The position numbers and the translations under genes are program-made. A DNA stretch of 64,000 nucleotides from an uncultured Ignavibacteriales bacterium (GTDB taxonomy: Bacteria > Zixibacteria > MSB-5A5 > GN15 > FEB-12): assembly GCA_964518635.1 (NCBI GenBank), contig CAZFGK010000002.1, positions 101,803-165,802 on the forward strand. The letters are read 5' to 3'. A model generated the notes under the pieces. That model did not search any database. It was not told the origin of the DNA and saw only the letters and a list, made by a program, of their open reading frames with translations. Below are positions 61,350 through 64,000 of this stretch, in pieces (position 1 is the first letter of the stretch; each line of letters begins with the position of its first letter).

Positions 61350-62918
61350 TCAAGGCCTTACCGAAACCGCCACACTCTCGCCAAGCGTATCCAGTTTCAA
61401 GAGTGCCTCCGGAATACAGGCGGCGACATCAGTAGCGGTCATACCGCGCCTTCCCTGATGCTCCGCTGCAATATCTCCAGCAAGTCCATGAACATAGACC
61501 GCCACACAAGCCGCATCGTAGGGGGTAAGCCCCTGCGCAAGCATCGTTGCGATCATCCCTGCCAGAATATCGCCGGTTCCGCCGGTCGCCATCCCGTCAT
61601 TGCCGGTTGAGTTGACAGTCACTCTCCCCTCTTGCGAGGCAACAATCGTCGGGCTCCCCTTCATCACCAGCGTAGTCTTCTGTTTCATGGCGGTCGCTCT
61701 GATCAGCGCAACACGAGCATGAAACTCTTTCGGCGGCGTTACACCAAACAAGCGCACGAATTCTCCTTCATGCGGAGTGAGAAGGTGCGGGATTTCAAAG
61801 ACCTTTTCGCGAATATCGCCGAGAGCAAAAAGAGCATCTGCATCGATGACTATTGGCGATGTCACTCCATCCACGAATCGTCGAACCAATTCAATTGTTT
61901 CATGGTGACGCCCAATCCCCGGTCCGATGGCAATTGCATCATGTTCTTTCGCAAGTGCGCGAATCTCTCCAAGTGACCTGAGTGCGATCACCCCTTTGCG
62001 AGCGACATCCGGGAGGCCACGAGTCGTCACTTCCATGAGTGACATCGCGATCTCCGGCCTGATCGATTCAGGACAGGCGATCTTGGCAAGGCCGCAACCA
62101 GTATGCAGTGCACCAAGTGCGCTCAATCGAGGCGCACCGGAAAGTCCTGCCGATCCACCAACGATCAGCACTTTCCCGAATGTCCCTTTATATCCATCAG
62201 GAGGACGCACGGGGAGAAGATGTGCGATCTCATCAGCAACGCTTACTTCGACTCTTGATGTATTTGTATCTGTTGACGAATCTGGTTGATCAGGCAATCC
62301 AATCGGAAGAATTTCGACCGCACCGGCTGCTTCTCTTCCCGGAGAAACAAACAAGCCATATTTTGGCAATCCAAGCGTGAAAGTCTCTTGCGCTTTGACA
62401 TGATCAGCTGCACAAGCTCCAGAATCGGCCTGCACACCGCTTGGCAGATCCATGGCGATGACTTTCCCCGATGAATGATTCATCGCAGTGATCAGTCTGG
62501 CGTAGAGTGGAGATGGCTCACCTGTCGCACCCGTTCCCAACAAACAATCGACGATAATATCCCCTTCGATCGTATCGGGAACATCCGCTTCCTTCTGGAT
62601 GTGACGAACTCGAATGTGGGATGAGGTCAGCCGTTCGGCATTGGCTCGAGCCCCGGGTGAGAGCTGTTCTATCGGTGCGGTTTGAATGACGTTGACAGAA
62701 ATCTCTGCGCGGGCAAGTACTCTCGCCATCACTAAGCCGTCCCCGGCATTATTCCCTTTGCCACAGACAATGGTAACTGATTGCTCGGCCGCGAGTGATT
62801 GCGCAACCATTGCAGCGGCAATCGTACCGGCATTTTCCATGAGGATGAGAGATGAAAGTCCGGCTGTTTCCGCAGCCGCTTCGAGTGCACGCATCTCGGC
62901 GGCAGTAACTAATTGCAT
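61350..62918 (-). CDS. nnr: Bifunctional NAD(P)H-hydrate repair enzyme (epimerase/ADP-dependent dehydratase)
   Basis: 522 aa. The N-terminal YjeF_N part reads VTIVCGKGNNAGDGLV. The C-terminal carbohydrate-kinase part reads GKVLIVGGS..GAP.L and GTGDILAGMIA. Confidence 0.85.
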   Translation of the reverse strand: MQLVTAAEMRALEAAAETAGLSSLILMENAGTIAAAMVAQSLAAEQSVTIVCGKGNNAGDGLVMARVLARAEISVNVIQTAPIEQLSPGARANAERLTSSHIRVRHIQKEADVPDTIEGDIIVDCLLGTGATGEPSPLYARLITAMNHSSGKVIAMDLPSGVQADSGACAADHVKAQETFTLGLPKYGLFVSPGREAAGAVEILPIGLPDQPDSSTDTNTSRVEVSVADEIAHLLPVRPPDGYKGTFGKVLIVGGSAGLSGAPRLSALGALHTGCGLAKIACPESIRPEIAMSLMEVTTRGLPDVARKGVIALRSLGEIRALAKEHDAIAIGPGIGRHHETIELVRRFVDGVTSPIVIDADALFALGDIREKVFEIPHLLTPHEGEFVRLFGVTPPKEFHARVALIRATAMKQKTTLVMKGSPTIVASQEGRVTVNSTGNDGMATGGTGDILAGMIATMLAQGLTPYDAACVAVYVHGLAGDIAAEHQGRRGMTATDVAACIPEALLKLDTLGESVAVSVRP

Positions 62919-62982
62919 GGCGCAGGATACACGATTTCACTCCTCCCGTACAGTAGGGAGTTGGCACCAGACAAGTGGTCGG

Positions 62983-64000
62983 CTATGAGCGACTTCGAGT
63001 TTTCTTCGTCGAGGGCATCCCTTTGGTCTTCGAAACTGGCTTAACCGGTTCAAGTGCGTACTTGATTGCAGTCAGCACATCGCTGAAGTGCTTCACTGCC
63101 AGTTTCGAGGTAATCTCTTTATTCACGTCGATCAGATCACGACGGTTTTGCTCCGGCAAGATCGCCGAAGTCACTCCAGCGCGTACTGCGGCGAGCAATT
63201 TCTCTTTCAGTCCACCTATTGGAAGAAGATCACCACGAAGGGTGATTTCGCCAGTCATTGCCATTTGTGGTTTCACCGGACGATTTGTAAACAACGACGC
63301 GAGCGCAACGGCGATGGTAATCCCTGCAGAGGGGCCATCTTTTGGTGTTGAACCGGACGGAACATGAATATGAATCTCTTTATCGTCGAAACCACGCGCC
63401 GGAATTCCCAACGCTGCGGCATTGGCACGAACGAAGGAGAGTGCCGCCTGCGCCGATTCTTTCATCACACTCCCCAATTGACCGGTGAGAATGAGATTAG
63501 TCTTCCCTTCCATTGCCGTGACTTCGATAAACAGAAGTTCTCCGCCAACACTGGTATAGGCAAGTCCGGGAACAACGCCGGGCCGATTCGTGCGAGAGAG
63601 AACTTCGCGAGTGAACTTCGGAGGACCCAGAAGTTTTCCGACTTGATCGGCATTGATCGTCGTTTTCTTTTTCCCACCGGATGCGACCATGCGCGCAACT
63701 TTTCTTGTAACCGAAGCAATCTCACGTTCGAGATTTCGCAGTCCGGCCTCACGTGTGTAGCCGTCGATGATTGCTTTGATGCCGTCATCGGTGAAGCTGA
63801 TATGTTCATCAGTCAGCCCATGATTCTCGATCTGTTTACGAATCAGATGACGACGGGTGATCATCAGCTTCTCGTGATCAGAATAGCCCGGAATCTGGAT
63901 GATTTCCATACGATCACGAAGCACCGGTGGAATCGGCTCCGCCCAGTTGGCAGTAGTGATGAACATCACTTTGGAGAGATCAAACGGAATCTCCATGTAA
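62983..64000 (-). CDS. lon: ATP-dependent Lon protease, C-terminal part (5' end beyond the right window edge)
   Basis: ..FITTANWAEPIPPVLRDRMEIIQIPGY.. (AAA+ lid) and the protease domain with catalytic PKDGPSAGITI and GLKEKLLAA. The frame is open to position 64000. Confidence 0.92.
   Translation of the reverse strand, partial: YMEIPFDLSKVMFITTANWAEPIPPVLRDRMEIIQIPGYSDHEKLMITRRHLIRKQIENHGLTDEHISFTDDGIKAIIDGYTREAGLRNLEREIASVTRKVARMVASGGKKKTTINADQVGKLLGPPKFTREVLSRTNRPGVVPGLAYTSVGGELLFIEVTAMEGKTNLILTGQLGSVMKESAQAALSFVRANAAALGIPARGFDDKEIHIHVPSGSTPKDGPSAGITIAVALASLFTNRPVKPQMAMTGEITLRGDLLPIGGLKEKLLAAVRAGVTSAILPEQNRRDLIDVNKEITSKLAVKHFSDVLTAIKYALEPVKPVSKTKGMPSTKKTRSRS

Overview
This 64-kb window comes from a Gram-negative-type bacterium that cannot be placed, because there is no rRNA gene. 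The clade II nos genes, many multihaem cytochromes and DIADLTVLVDHLFISF-type dockerin-like tails fit an uncultivated sediment or FCB-like lineage, but that is unproven.

Layout:
- 1-4.6 kb: housekeeping genes (mazG partial, valS, an alkA-like glycosylase).
- 4.6-27.2 kb: an accessory-looking stretch. It holds two ~250-bp MITE-like elements bracketing a regulator and membrane-protein pair; an HNH endonuclease gene whose last ~75 bp recur three times and delimit single-gene cassettes (DUF5655-like, Ser/Thr kinase-TPR); paralogous lipoproteins; GNAT and DinB genes; a decayed IS3-like element; a tail-fibre-like protein with an S74 chaperone domain; and three large secreted proteins that share a twin dockerin-like C-terminal module.
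- 27.6-34.6 kb: an Rrf2 regulator, a lipoprotein cytochrome c and a Sec-type (clade II) nosZ followed by a nosB/nosL fusion, nosD, nosF and nosY. tRNA-Ser(CGA) follows.
- 35.2-43.9 kb: the most interesting locus. It contains an ImcH-like 7-haem inner-membrane cytochrome, a CbcL-like 11-haem c/cytochrome b fusion and two duplicated monohaem cytochromes c. A divergent operon encodes an MtrA-like decahaem cytochrome, a porin-like beta-barrel candidate and a lipoprotein multihaem cytochrome. Together these look like a complete extracellular-electron-transfer style conduit lying next to nos.
- 44-64 kb: housekeeping genes (tadA, pyrF/pyrD/pyrK, Sir2, GH57, rsgA, secA, nnr, lon partial).

No CRISPR array, rRNA gene or intact prophage was seen. 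All functional calls come from motifs read in the ORF translations; no database search was possible.
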